DNA of 64,000 nucleotides from Macrostomum lignano (Eukaryota): NCBI GenBank assembly GCA_002269645.1, contig NIVC01000236.1, positions 62,001 to 126,000 of the forward strand, read 5' to 3'. Shown piece by piece: positions 40,300 to 52,202 of this stretch (position 1 is its first letter; each line of letters starts with the position of its first letter). The notes under the pieces were generated by a model. It saw only the letters and a program-made list of their open reading frames with translations, ran no database searches and was not told where the DNA came from. The position numbers and the translations under genes were made by a program.

Positions 40300-41080
40300 C
40301 TCAACTACCCCTCAGAACCCCTCAGCTGTCCCCTCAGCTGTCCCCCTCAGCTACACCCTCAGCTACCCTCTCACAGCTGTCCCTTCAGCTGTCCCCTCAG
40401 CTGTCCCCTCAGCTGTCCCGTTATCTGTCCCCTCAGCTGTCTCGTCAGCTGCCCCCCCTCAGCTGTCCCCTCGGCTGTCTCGTCAGCTGTCCCCTCAGCT
40501 GTCCCTTCAGCTGTCCCCTCAGCTGTCCCCCCTCAGCTGTCCACTCAGCTGTCCCCTCAGCTACTCCCCTCGGCTGTCTCGTCAGCTGTCCCCTCAGCTG
40601 TCCCTTCAGCTGTCCCCTCAGCTGTCCCCCTCAGATGTCCCCTCAGCTGTCCCCTCAGCTACTCCCCTCAGCTGTCCCCTCAGCTGTCCCCTCAGCTGCT
40701 CCCCTCAGCTGTCCCACCTCAGCTGTTCCCTCAGCTGTCCCCTCAGCTGTCCCCCCTCAGCTGTCCCCTCAGCAGTCCCCCCTCAGCTGTCCCCCCTCAG
40801 CTGTCCCCCCTCAGCTGTCCCCCCTCAGCTGTCCCCCCTCAGCTGTCCCCCCTCAGCTGTCCCCCTTCAGCTGTCCCCCTCAGCTTTCCCCCTCAGCTGT
40901 CCCCCTCAGCTGTCCCCCCTCAGCTGTCCCCCCTCAGCTGTCCCCCTCAGCTGTCCCCCCTCAGCTGTCCCCCTCAGCTGTCCCCCTCAGCTGTCCCCTC
41001 AGCTGTCCCCCCTCAGCTGTCCCCTCAGCTGTCCCTTTGTTTGCCCCCCCCAGCTGTCCCTTCAGCTTTCCCTTCAGATG
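40300..41080. repeat. 12-14-bp C-rich repeat (ctcagctgtccc[c]n)
   Basis: Direct inspection. Confidence 0.93.
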
Positions 41081-42177
41081 TCTCTAATCTGTAGCCCTCA
41101 AATCTAGTTACAGATTTCTAGTTACGAGTACATGTAGGATTATAATCAATTAGAACTAATAGAATTAAGACTGTTAATACTAGCAATTTTATCTGGCCAA
41201 ACAACATTTGAACTTAATGTTCGCCCTGACTAACTGCAGTGCCAAATGCATTTTAAATACACAAAACTTTAATTTTCACCTTTGCCTCGCAGTCTGAAGT
41301 CTCCCTCACGCGCGTTGCTGTGTTTTTATTGATGCTCAAGCCAGGGGCTCACCTGCCTTCTGCTAACTGGGTGACAACAATACTGAGCCAAAGCAGCTCT
41401 CCTTTCTCGGTAAGAAACGAGCTTGCAAAGCAAATCGAGTTTGGCTGGCCCCATTGTTGCAACTTGCAGCTTTCCGGGCTAGACAAGCCCTGTGTCTCCA
41501 TCCAACCCTTCTCCTGCCCCTCCCAGCCTCCAGACAGCCTCATCAATCAGGCTCAAAGCTTCTCTAAGCTGCTGTCCATGCTCGTGCCCAAACTACCCGG
41601 GGCGAAAACGTGCGGGCAGCCCCCAGCGCCTGCCCATTGTGGCCTTGAGCTCGCCTTGATCTGAGTGCAGCAGGAAACAACAAGAAAACTGGCTGCACGA
41701 TACTGTAGTAAACAGCTCTTTCTGTCTCACAATTTTGGCTGTCTGTATTTTGTTGAGACACGTGCAGTACAGTCTGCATGTCTCACTACTGATAAAAAGG
41801 TGCTTTGGTGCAATTGAAGTTTTTGTTCAAACCTTCAGAAGCCATGGATAAATACTTGTATCTAATCTGAAAAACTAGACTCTCAGGTTACTTATTAAGT
41901 TTTTTGGGATAAAAAAATATCACGAAAAAGGTTAAATTACAGATGTTAGAGTTTCATTGTCTTCAAGGACTGATCGCCAATTGTTTAGTTTTTAGTGCAA
42001 AGTTCACCAGCTCTATCTCTCCCCTTTCTCCAAATGGATTGTTGACACGGAGTTTTCCGGTTCAAAACCAACTGAATGCAAAATCCCTAAAGTTTAGGCA
42101 ATGGCTAATTTATCTTATCTCCAATTATCATTTGTCCTTTGTTTCGTTGGCAATCATCCTTTATTTGCTCTCCAGCT

Positions 42178-45100
42178 TCACTCCAGGTACACCAGGAACC
42201 GGTCAGCAAAGAACGCGTTGCCTCGGCTGTACTTGCCGGGCTTCTTGGTGTACACAAGCACCGGGGCGGAGCCGCTCCAGCCCTTGTTGGCCCACTTGCA
42301 GGGGTCCCGCCTGTCCGACACCATCCAGAAGCCGAGGTCGCCAGCACAGCCGGCGTACACCTTGTTGATGAAGAAGGTCCGCTTGTGGGCGCGGTGGCCG
42401 GCAACAGAGAAGTAGTTGTAGCCGGTCTTGCCCAGGTGATAGGGGTAGGAGGAGACGAGGCGGGTCGGGGTGAACCAGTTCGTCATGCCCACCGATTTGG
42501 TGTGCCGGGAAACGTCGAAGACGACCTGGGCGACCCGGCGACCGTCGGAGCGCATCTCAGCGACAATCCGCTTGTAGCCGGTGTGGAGGAGGGTCCAGGC
42601 CAGCGCGTCCAGCTGGTCGGAGCGGTACAGGTCCGGCAGGGAGCGGTCGGCCGGGATGTCGCTGGGGCCCTTGGTTCTGAATGTTTTGAACACCTCGTGG
42701 CCAGCGCCGCTCTTGACGGTGTACAGCAGGGCCCTGTGCCCCTCTGCAGTGCCAGATATCGATAGCAAAGTTTTTCAAGAAAAGTTCTATTTAGGAAATT
42801 AATTTCTTAGCGGCTTACCAAAGTGGAACAGAGGAATCTTTGGCGCTGCTGGCTTCGGAACTTCATTTCTGTAAAGTGGGTGTTTCATTTATGCATCAGG
42901 ATTTGTGCTCTCATAAATAAACTTAAATGCATCACCGATGCTCATCTTCTGTGTTTTCTGGAGGCGGATCCAGCTTCAGGTACTTTTGAAGGATTTAAGC
43001 TAGGAACTTGCTCAAGTAATGCAGACACATCCCAAAGTATCCAGGTATTCAGACACAGCCCAGGGTATACAGGTGTGCAGACTTAGCCCAGATATCCCTG
43101 TCAGACAACTCACGCCAGGTAGACCAGGAATCGATCCGCATAGAATGCATTGCCCTGGCTGTACTTCTTGCCGGGCAGTCGGGTGTAGATCAGAGCCGGA
43201 GCCGAGCCGTGCCAGCCCTTGTACCCCCACTTGCATGGGTCCCGCCTGTCCGACACCATCCAGAAGCCGAGGTCGCCAGCGCAGCCAGCGTACACGCTGT
43301 TGATGAAGAAGGTCCGCTTATGGGCCTGGTGCCCGGCAACAGAGAAGTAGTTGTAGCCGCTCTTGCCCAGCTGATAGGGGTACGAGGAGACCAGTCGGGA
43401 TTTCGAGAACCAGTTGACCATGTTCAGTGACTTGGGGTTCCTGGACACGTCGAACACCACCTGCGCGACCACCTTGCCGTCGGTGCGCATCTCGGCCACC
43501 ATCCGCTTGTAGCCGGTCCGGTGGATGAGTGAGGGCAGGGTGTCCAGCTGGTTGGATCTGTACAGGTCGGGCAGCGACCGGTGTTTGGGAATCCGGTCGT
43601 AGGCGCGCGATCTGAAGGTGCTGTAGGCCGTCTTGCCGATGTGGCTTTTGATGGTGTACAGAAGGACCTTGTTTCCCTCTGAAATTGAGGCATAGTGCTT
43701 TGGATTAACACTCTGTAGCATAGGAGGAGCTGTGGAGTTGCTCAGGCTTACCAAATCGGAAAGTCGGAATGGGCAGAGGCGGAGGCCTCGGCACATGGTT
43801 CCTGCAAACATTAACGGTTCGCGCTGTTAAGTGTGCGCGTCTTTTATGCGGCTTGAACTATGAATGAGTGCAGAATCGCGGCAACTCACGCCATGTAGAC
43901 TATGAACCGATCGGCATAGTAGGCGTTGCTCTTGGCAAACGGAACGCCGGGCACCTGCGTGTACACCAGCACCGGGCCGGAACTGTGCCAGCCTTTGTTG
44001 GACCACTTGCAGACGTCTTTGCGGTCAGAAATAACCCAGAACCCGATGTCGCCGCCGCAGCCTCTGTAGCGATTGCTGATGAAAAAAGTTCGCTTGTGGG
44101 CCTGGTGACCGGCGAACGAGAAGTAGTTGAAGCCAGTCTTCTTCAACTTGTAGGGAAAGGACGAGACCATGCGAGCCGGAGTGAACCAGTTCTGGAAGTT
44201 CAGCGACTTGGTGTTGATTGAAACGTCGAAGACGACCTGGGCCACGACTCTGCTGCCAGCGCGCATTTCGGCCACGATGTGCTTGAAGCCGGATCGCTCC
44301 ACCGCGTTGGCGAGGGTGTCCAGCTGGTCAGACCGGTACAGCTTCGGCAGCGACCGGTCCGACGGGATCTCGTTGTTGCCTCTGTTCTTGAAGGTGGTGT
44401 ACACTTTCTCCCCGATGTTGCTCTTGATGGTGTACAGCAGGTTCTTGTTACCCTCTGCAGATGCCAATTGAATAGGAGCTGTGCATGAATAAGGCCCTAG
44501 GAACTACACTATCAGATAATAATAGAAATACCAAAGAAAGAATCGAAACACTGGCTCAGATTCCACTCCCCATCATATACATGTACCGTAAAACAAAAGT
44601 TCTGGTTAAAAACATTTCCAATCGGCTTTTGGCGGTTATTATTTAAGGATAGTATTGGATAATAAACTAGAAACATCCAACGCAGTCCATGTATACCATA
44701 GTGCTTGACAGTTGGTGAGAGCGCACAAAAAAGGCTCAGGATCTGGTAGAGAAGATGTGAAATTGGAGCTAAAATAGACAAAATCATAACCTTTCCACTG
44801 GAAATAATAAAAATCTTGTAGCCAATCTTGCTGGGGATGGAGGAGCTTGCCTGATCTGCGCTGCTCTATTTGGATGCAGCAAAAGATCCCGGAACCTGAA
44901 TGTACCGGCTTTACTTGGTTTTCCTATCGTTGATCTGCGTGTTACTCACCGAATCGGAAGACTGGAGGCAGCTCTGGATGAAGCTCTGGCACCTTTGATC
45001 TGCCGTGCAGGAAGAGAGGGAGTCAACTGTTAGCAAACTGAATGCATAATTGAATGTCTATGGCATCTTCACTGAGCTCAGCGCCACTTACGTCAGGTAC

Positions 45101-47181
45101 ACAATGAAACGGTCGGCGAAGAAGGCGTTGCCTTCGGAGTACCTCTTGTTGGGCACCTGCGTGTACACCAGCACCGGGGCGGAACCGTGCCAGCCTTTGT
45201 TATCCCAACTGCAGACGTCTTTGCGGTCAGAGACAACCCAGAACCCGACGTCGCCACCACAGCCTCTGTAGCGATTGTTAATGAAAAAAGTCCGCTTGTG
45301 GGCCTGGTGACCGGCGAACGAGAAGAAGTTGAAGCCAGTCTTCTTCAACTCGTAGGGGAAGGACGAGACCATGCGAGTCCGAGTGAACCAGTTCTGGAAG
45401 TTCAGCTTCTTCGTGTTGGTTGAAACATCGAAAACGACCTGGGCCACGACTTTGCTGCCAGTGCGCATTTCGGCCACTATTTTGCCGTACCCGGATCGCT
45501 TGACGGCGAAAGGCAAAGTGTCCAGCAGCTTCGAGCGGTAAAGGTTGGGAAGTTTCCCGTCCGACGGGATCATGGTGGTGCCCTTCTTTTTGAAAGTTTT
45601 ATATGCAGTCTGCCCGATGTTGCTCTTGATGGTGTACAGCAGAGCCTTGTCTCCCTCTGTAGGTGTAGGATAACAACTCTGTATATGATTCCATAAAGGT
45701 TGTGCAAAATTTTTAATAATTCCATGGACTTACCAAAGCGGAAGAACGGGTAGGGGACCGGACTCGGCTTGGGCGTTTCATTTCTGAAGATTTATTGGAA
45801 GTGGAGACTTGCATGCAGCGTCGATTAAAAAATCACCTTACCAATTAAGCAATCAAGGAGAGACTCACGTTAGATAGACCAGGAACCTATCAGCGTAAAA
45901 GGCGTTTCCCTGGCTGTACTTTATCCCGGATACCTGTGAGTACACCAGCTCCGGTGCAGAGCCCTTCCAGCCCTTTTTGGCCCAGCTGCACACGTCTTTT
46001 TTATCGGCGATCATCCAGAATCCAGTGTCGCCCGGACAGCCGCGGTACACGTAATTCACAAAAAATGTCCGTTTAAGGGCCTTGTGTCCGGCCATGGAGA
46101 AATAGTTGAAGCCAGTCTTGCCGATTTCGTAGGGGAATGACGACACTAGCCGAGTCGGCGAGAACCAGTTCATGAGGTTGAGGGTCTTCTTATTGGTTGA
46201 CACGTCGAATACGAGCTGCGCCACCACCCTGCCGTGCTTTCGCATCTCGGCAACAATCAGCTTGTAGTCGCCGATGTTCGAGCTGAGACTGTCCAGCTGG
46301 TCTGACCGGTACAACTTCGGCAGCGACTTCTTCGATGGGATCACGCGTTGACCTTTCGTCGTGTAGGTAGCGTACACTGTCTGGCCAATGTTGCTCTTTA
46401 TGGTGTACAGCAGGGCCTTGCCATCTTCTGCAAATACATAGTAATCATCGATGAAAATACATTTTTAGAAAAGCTGCATTTGACGCCACTTGACATCCGT
46501 TGGTCACTCACCAAAGTGAAATGCCTCGACCGGCTTTTCGCCCGCCTCTCCGGAACGCCAGTGAAACACGAACTGGTGCTCGTGAATGATGCCTACAAGG
46601 GTGAACTCCAGGAATCCGAACAGCCTCTGGCTCTGTGGGCTGTTAATTGAAAAGTAGCGCCTGACGCGCGAGCAGACCTTCTTTGAGTGGCAGTAGAAGT
46701 TCAACCAGAACTGTCCGCCCCTTTTCGTCACTGCAGACTTCACGCCGCGGCAAAGATTTCCACAGGCGACTCTTTGAACAAAGCGCGAGGTGATGGACTT
46801 CACAGGAAAGTTCATCCAGCTAATACTGGTCGAATGCGGCAGCTCGTAGTCGTTCTTGATGACCATCTCGAGGCTCACCCGATACCGGTGGTGATGCCGG
46901 TGCAGGACAGTGTCTTCGCCCATCACGACACCCAGCTGAGGCTCCACCACCCGGTAGCCGCGGAAGACGTGGTAGAATAGCTCCACCCCGTTGTGATTGT
47001 AGTGGTGGACGCCGGCCGCTGCCTCGCTTGCGGAATCTTGTGTCAAGCCTCCAATCTCGCCGTCCAGTCCGTCCAGCTCTTCCAAAGCGTCCACATCATC
47101 TAGCTGCTCTAACTTCACACCAGCTGAGACAGAAACACCTAAAATTAGAAGGAGCAGCAGCGATGCTGCTAGACGTCGCAT
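42178..47181 (-). CDS. Secreted 1229-aa protein: signal peptide, acidic stretch, unassigned N-domain, then five tandem ~187-aa domains joined by Pro-rich linkers. Exons 47181-46512, 46427-45869, 45783-45734, 45656-45092, 44999-44950, 44454-43890, 43801-43752, 43678-43114, 42868-42819, 42743-42178
   Basis: All nine introns have GT-AG ends and compatible phases; total 3690 nt = 1229 aa + stop. Signal peptide MRRLAASLLLLLILGVSVSA. The five exons encode clearly homologous domains (LLYTIKS..G, LYRS..LD, IVAEMR, VAQVVFDVS, NWF...R.VSS.PY, FS.AGH.A.KRTFF, Y.GC.GD.GFW, D.C.W..KGW, GNAFYADRF.VYL). AATAAA just after the stop. Confidence 0.88.
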
Positions 47182-48595
47182 GGTAAATTTCTGCTTTAAA
47201 ATTATGTTTATGAAGGAAAAACCGTTTGGCTCGATTTTTCAGGTCCGCAACTTTTTAGATAAGGGTTTTAAAACCGTGCGATTTTATATATCGGCAAAAA
47301 TATGGACAAAACTTCATTCTTTGTATAAGTTTTTTATTGATTTTTATCCAGCATTATACAAAAAATTAATATGTTCTCCTCGCACCAATATTCCCGAATT
47401 CGGGCAGATTGTGTTATACTTTGTGTTTCAGCACGGATTTTATTTAATTATCGCTCGAGACCACGTCATTAGACTGACTATGAACTCTAGTGGACCGTAT
47501 TTCTGACTATGCTCAATCATCTGACATTTTCTTCGTAATAAATTCAAATCGTTGACTCGCAGAAATAGGAAAAAAATTCCTGTTCTTTGAATTTAAGCTG
47601 AGTAAAATTTATTTAGGTTTCTTTTTGCGAGAATTTTGCCATTGCTCACTCGTTAATTACCGTGAACCCGTGCGATGCATTTAAAGGTTTGACTATCTAA
47701 TAGACTCATCAATTAAAATTAACAATAATTTTACAAAATTCATACCTATTGGCTTTAACTGATAGTAAGGCTTCGCATGAGAATGATCTGAGTTGATCGA
47801 AACGCGTCGCAATTAATTAAACCAAAGTTGATTCTTCCTTTTCTTTTTTATGCTTGCTTGTTTGAATATTTTAGAAGTTTACAAAACCCTTTAATTAAAC
47901 ATAAACTATGGAACTCATACGACTGTCATTAAAATATTATAATTTAAATAAAACTAATATTTTTCTGTTAAATAAGATAATTTGTTAATCAGATAATACA
48001 AGCTACATGTATGATGCAGACTAATTTTCTGATATATTTTTGAGAGTCATGACATAAGCTCTATATGTAGACATCTTCATATACATGTACTTTAAGCTGT
48101 ACTTTCATGGAAAAATTCGATTTCAGCATTTAGGACATTTTTGGCTAAATGTTGTTTTCCAAAAGATACGAATAGTTTTGTAAGTTAAGTAGTAAAAAAT
48201 TGTGAAGCAAATTGAGTATTATGACTTAAAAAATCATGCTTTGCTCAGCTTAATTATCTCAAAATTTACAATTTTTTTGTCTGCATCGCCAATAAAAGAA
48301 AAATCAGCTATCTTAACTTTAGACGAGTGCTATAATTCTCCAAGACTTTCAAAGTTATTAATTCCATTTAGACATTGTTAAAAAACTTTTACTTTAGTTT
48401 TTATGCATTTTAGTCCCGAAAAATACCTTAATATTGTACTGTTAGTAGTATTGCAGTAGTGGATGCTGAATTTGGATTGGTTAATCAGCGGAGCGAATGG
48501 CTCCCGACACCTGCTTGCATATATTTATAGTGAATGCATTGCTGGGAAGACAGCGGAGCGAAGACAGAGCCTGAACCCTTTAAGCATCAGAGATT

Positions 48596-50831
48596 ATGCT
48601 GCCTTCAGCGCTGCCTTCTGTGCACCCCCTGTCGCTGGCGCTATCGCTGGCCCTGCTGGTGGCTGCTGCGCCTGTCGTTTTGGCGCAACGAACGGTGAGT
48701 GTCTTTGGCAGCAGCCAGACGTCTCCCTATCTTCTGACCCTCTAAAGAAGTTCGGGCTGTGACGAATGTGACAGCACGAGTTCAGCATTGTTTCTGCCAA
48801 TCAGGTTGATAGTTAGGCCCACAGATGCATGATTGCTGCACTCCACAAGTGTCTATGATCCAAAGGCACCAAAATCAATAAATAACAGTGATAAATGGCT
48901 GTTATGCTTGCTCGATAACGAATTGTCTATGGCTTTATTTGCCTGCTAGACTACTAAAAAAGCACCCTATGGCACATTGTCCCACTCCTCTGACCCCAAC
49001 TCCTCTACATAGTTTCATCAAGGACAACTTAATTAGAAGGACGCAACACTCGAAATCTATGGTAAATGTTTTGAAGGCAACTTTTCGCCGAAAAATACAC
49101 TACAGAGATAGGAGGTTTTAATTTTTTTAAGCACAAAAATTGTTATTGCTTTCGATATAGGAGACGACCCAATGTTCATCCTTTGATATGTTGTGCGAGA
49201 TTTTAAGTGTAGCATCCTGTATATGTTACTTGAGTAGTCCTTGAATTTCATCCGACCTGACTCAAAATCTGATTGACCCTGATTATCTATATATCAAGTT
49301 GTTTAATCAGAACACATGCCAGAGCTTCATCTGTACATTTGGATAGGGAGACATTGACAGATTATATTAGCAATCTTCTAATTGCAAATCCTCTTGACTT
49401 GTGTAACCTGCCCACTTCGTCTCTGGACTATTTTTTGCTCACAAGGTGCGGCCCTCACTGCTGAACAGCAAGTTGCGAACGCAGCAAAGCCGTCTAGTGC
49501 GATAGGTCTTGTAAGCAAAGAACCGATTTGGGAAAAGTTCTGCCTCTGGCAGCTTCATCCGGACATAATTGGCAGTTGCCTGCCCGCGGCCACCAAAATC
49601 AGAAATTGTGCAAACGATGCAGACTACCTGCCACCCCTCCCTAGCAGCGAATAACCTGTTGGCCCACTGCAGGAACATTGAGGAAGGGATCGTTTTGGTA
49701 GTGCATGCGAGCCTGGCATTTTCAGTATTCTGGCATCTGTTTTCGTAGTGGTGTGCTGCAGTTCCCATCTCTGGGAGCAAAGCAGGGGGGGGGGGGGGGT
49801 GCACACGCCATCAGCATGGACTGTTCGACTTCAATACCGTTCTTCAGCTTTTCAGAGCTGAATCATTCGAGATGGATTGAGAGATTCGGATCCGACGGAA
49901 GCCAAAAAGTTGACGGTGTTTCTGTGGGAAATGGAAAGCGCATTCGTTGTATTATAGGCCCCGACTGGGATAGTGCGATTGCACTTGTGTAAGCACAGAA
50001 TGCTGGCCTGTTCTGCGTAGTCATGTATAATACATTCACGTAATTAGTGTCAACAGCCTCAAGCCTCTTGACTTCGAATTTGCTTGACCCAACCTGACCC
50101 CGATTCCCAACACAGCTTGACCCAATATGACCCCAACTCTCCAACACTGTGTTGACCCGATCTGACCCCGATTCCCAACCCAACCTGAACCACCTGACCC
50201 CGAGTCTTGAACCCAGTTTGACCCACCTGACCCCAACTCCTCAACTCAGTTTGACCCACCTGACCCCAAGTCTTGAACCCAGTTTGACCCACCTGACCCC
50301 AACTCCTCAACCCAGTTTGACCCACCTGACCCCAAGTCTTGAACCCAGTTTGACCCACCTGACCCCAACTCCTCTACATAGTTTCATGATCATCCGACCT
50401 GACTCAAAATCTGATTGACCCTGATTATCACATTTGACTCCAACTGACCTGAATGACCTTGATTGACCCAGCCCGGTCTCAGCATTGCTTAATCACTCCT
50501 GACCCAGCCTGACCCGGCTAATTCAACAGAACCAGATGACCTTATTTGACCCCAATCGCAGTACTACGGCCAGCAGATGGAGCAGGCGCTGGAGCGGCAG
50601 CTGAAGCCGTGCATCATCAGCGGCATCGGCTGCCCCGCCGACGGCAGCCTTGGCTATCCCGTCATCCGGTCGCTGCTGGTCTACCTGACCCGGCGGCGCC
50701 TCTACGGGGGCCGTGCGCTGCCAGCCGAATGCCGCTGCCGACCCGGAGATGACGAGGCCTGCGACAGGGCCTGCTACTATGCCTACCTGCGGGACAGCCA
50801 CCTGGCCGCCGTCAGACTGACCTACAACTGA
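48596..50831 (+). CDS. Small secreted Cys-rich protein, 122 aa; exons 48596-48694 and 50562-50831
   Basis: Exon 1 MLPSALPSVHPLSLALSLALLVAAAPVVLAQRT is a signal peptide followed by a GTGAGT donor (phase 0). Exon 2 follows cccaatcgcag in phase 0: YYGQQMEQALERQLKPC...LTYN*, with six Cys. Confidence 0.7.
50150..50390. repeat. 33-bp repeat with two alternating variants (gtttgacccacctgaccccaa[ctcctc/gtcttg]aaccca)
   Basis: Intronic tandem copies. Confidence 0.85.
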
Positions 50832-51111
50832 CTGCAATGCCGGGAGACTGCAGCTGGAACTGCGATCATTTATAAGCGGAAACTTTCACTAAAATGTGTG
50901 GTCTAACTTTCAGTATAATTTCTTTTTCAGCATCATTCTCTGTACACTGGTATAAACAGAATTAAGAGAGCTTTACCACTGAAGGGAACACTGTGCTTGA
51001 GTTATCCAGCAGCTGGGGTGATGGTTGAGCTCGATGTCGCATTTGAACTTCTGTAAACTTGGTTGCCCTCTGAACTTGTCATCCTTCCTGCTTTTAGCAT
51101 TCATTCTTGCA

Positions 51112-51690
51112 TGAATTGGAATGTAAAAGTGTTAAATTACTGACACAAGAGGAATGTAAAAGTGTTAAATATACTGACACAAGAGGAATGTAAAAGTGTT
51201 AAATATACTGACACAAGAGGAATGTAAAAGTGTTAAATATACTGACACAAGAGGAATGTAAAAGTGTTAAATATACTGACACAAGAGGAATGTAAAAGTG
51301 TTAAATATACTGACACAAGAGGAATGTAAAAGTGTTAAATATACTGACACAAGAGGAATGTAAAAGTGTTAAATATACTGACACAAGAGGAATGTAAAAG
51401 TGTTAAATATACTGACACAAGAGGAATGTAAAAGTGTTAAACATACTGACACAAGAGGAATGTAAAACTGTTAAACATACTGACACAAGAGGAATGTAAA
51501 AGTGTTAAACATACTGACACAAGAGGAATGTAAAAGTGTTAAACATACTGACACAAGAGGAATGTAAAACTGTTAAACATACTGACACAAGAGGAATGTA
51601 AAAGTGTTAAACATACTGACGCAAGAGGAATGTAAAACTGTTAAACATACTGACGCAAGAGGAATGTAAAACTGTTAAACATACTGACGC
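51112..51690. repeat. 34-bp minisatellite (gaggaatgtaaaagtgttaaatatactgacacaa)
   Basis: About 16-17 near-identical copies, no spacers. Confidence 0.96.
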
Positions 51691-52202
51691 AAGAGTCTCG
51701 CCCTTGGGATTTTTTCGCTTGCTCGTCACGCAAACTAGCGAGGCCCCACTTAAACCGTGCAGTGCGCTTGTGAGTGAGTGCAGAACTTGACTTTGGACAA
51801 CCATATATTTGAGCATACACTGTTGTGTAGCAGTGCACAGGTGAATAAGCAATGCCGGGGCACGTGGGCGGAGAAGGCTGGAGGATGAGAGCAAACTGCC
51901 AAAGAAGGGAAACCAGACAGTGCACTACAAGCCGAAACTTTTTCGGAACTTCAAATCCTTCGCAAGAAGCTGCTAGAAAAAGACTAGTTAGCACAGTCCT
52001 ACCTACTTAGATAGTAGAGTAATACGAAAAATATGTTATTCACGTCCACCTTGAAAGGTCAGTACTTAGAAGACACTTTCATGCAGGGCTTTCGGTGCGT
52101 TTATTCAGCCTCATTGGCTGGGCGGAGCTCCAAATAGTGTTAAAAGCCGGCGCGCAGTCGAAGCGATGAGGCAGTCTGACAATTTGAGCTTGTGAGCGCA
52201 CG

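Noticed and set aside
42819-45783. Linkers ending FRFG resembling RFamide neuropeptide precursors
   Set aside because: The Gly is followed by Glu-Gly, not a basic cleavage site, and two of the five such ends read FHFG; more likely the structural start of the domain.
50600-50640. PCIISGIGCP as a vasopressin/CCAP-like ring peptide, i.e. a ligand for the nearby GPCR
   Set aside because: Ring size C-x6-C differs from OT/VP (x4) and CCAP (x5); no G-K/R amidation signal and no neurophysin domain.
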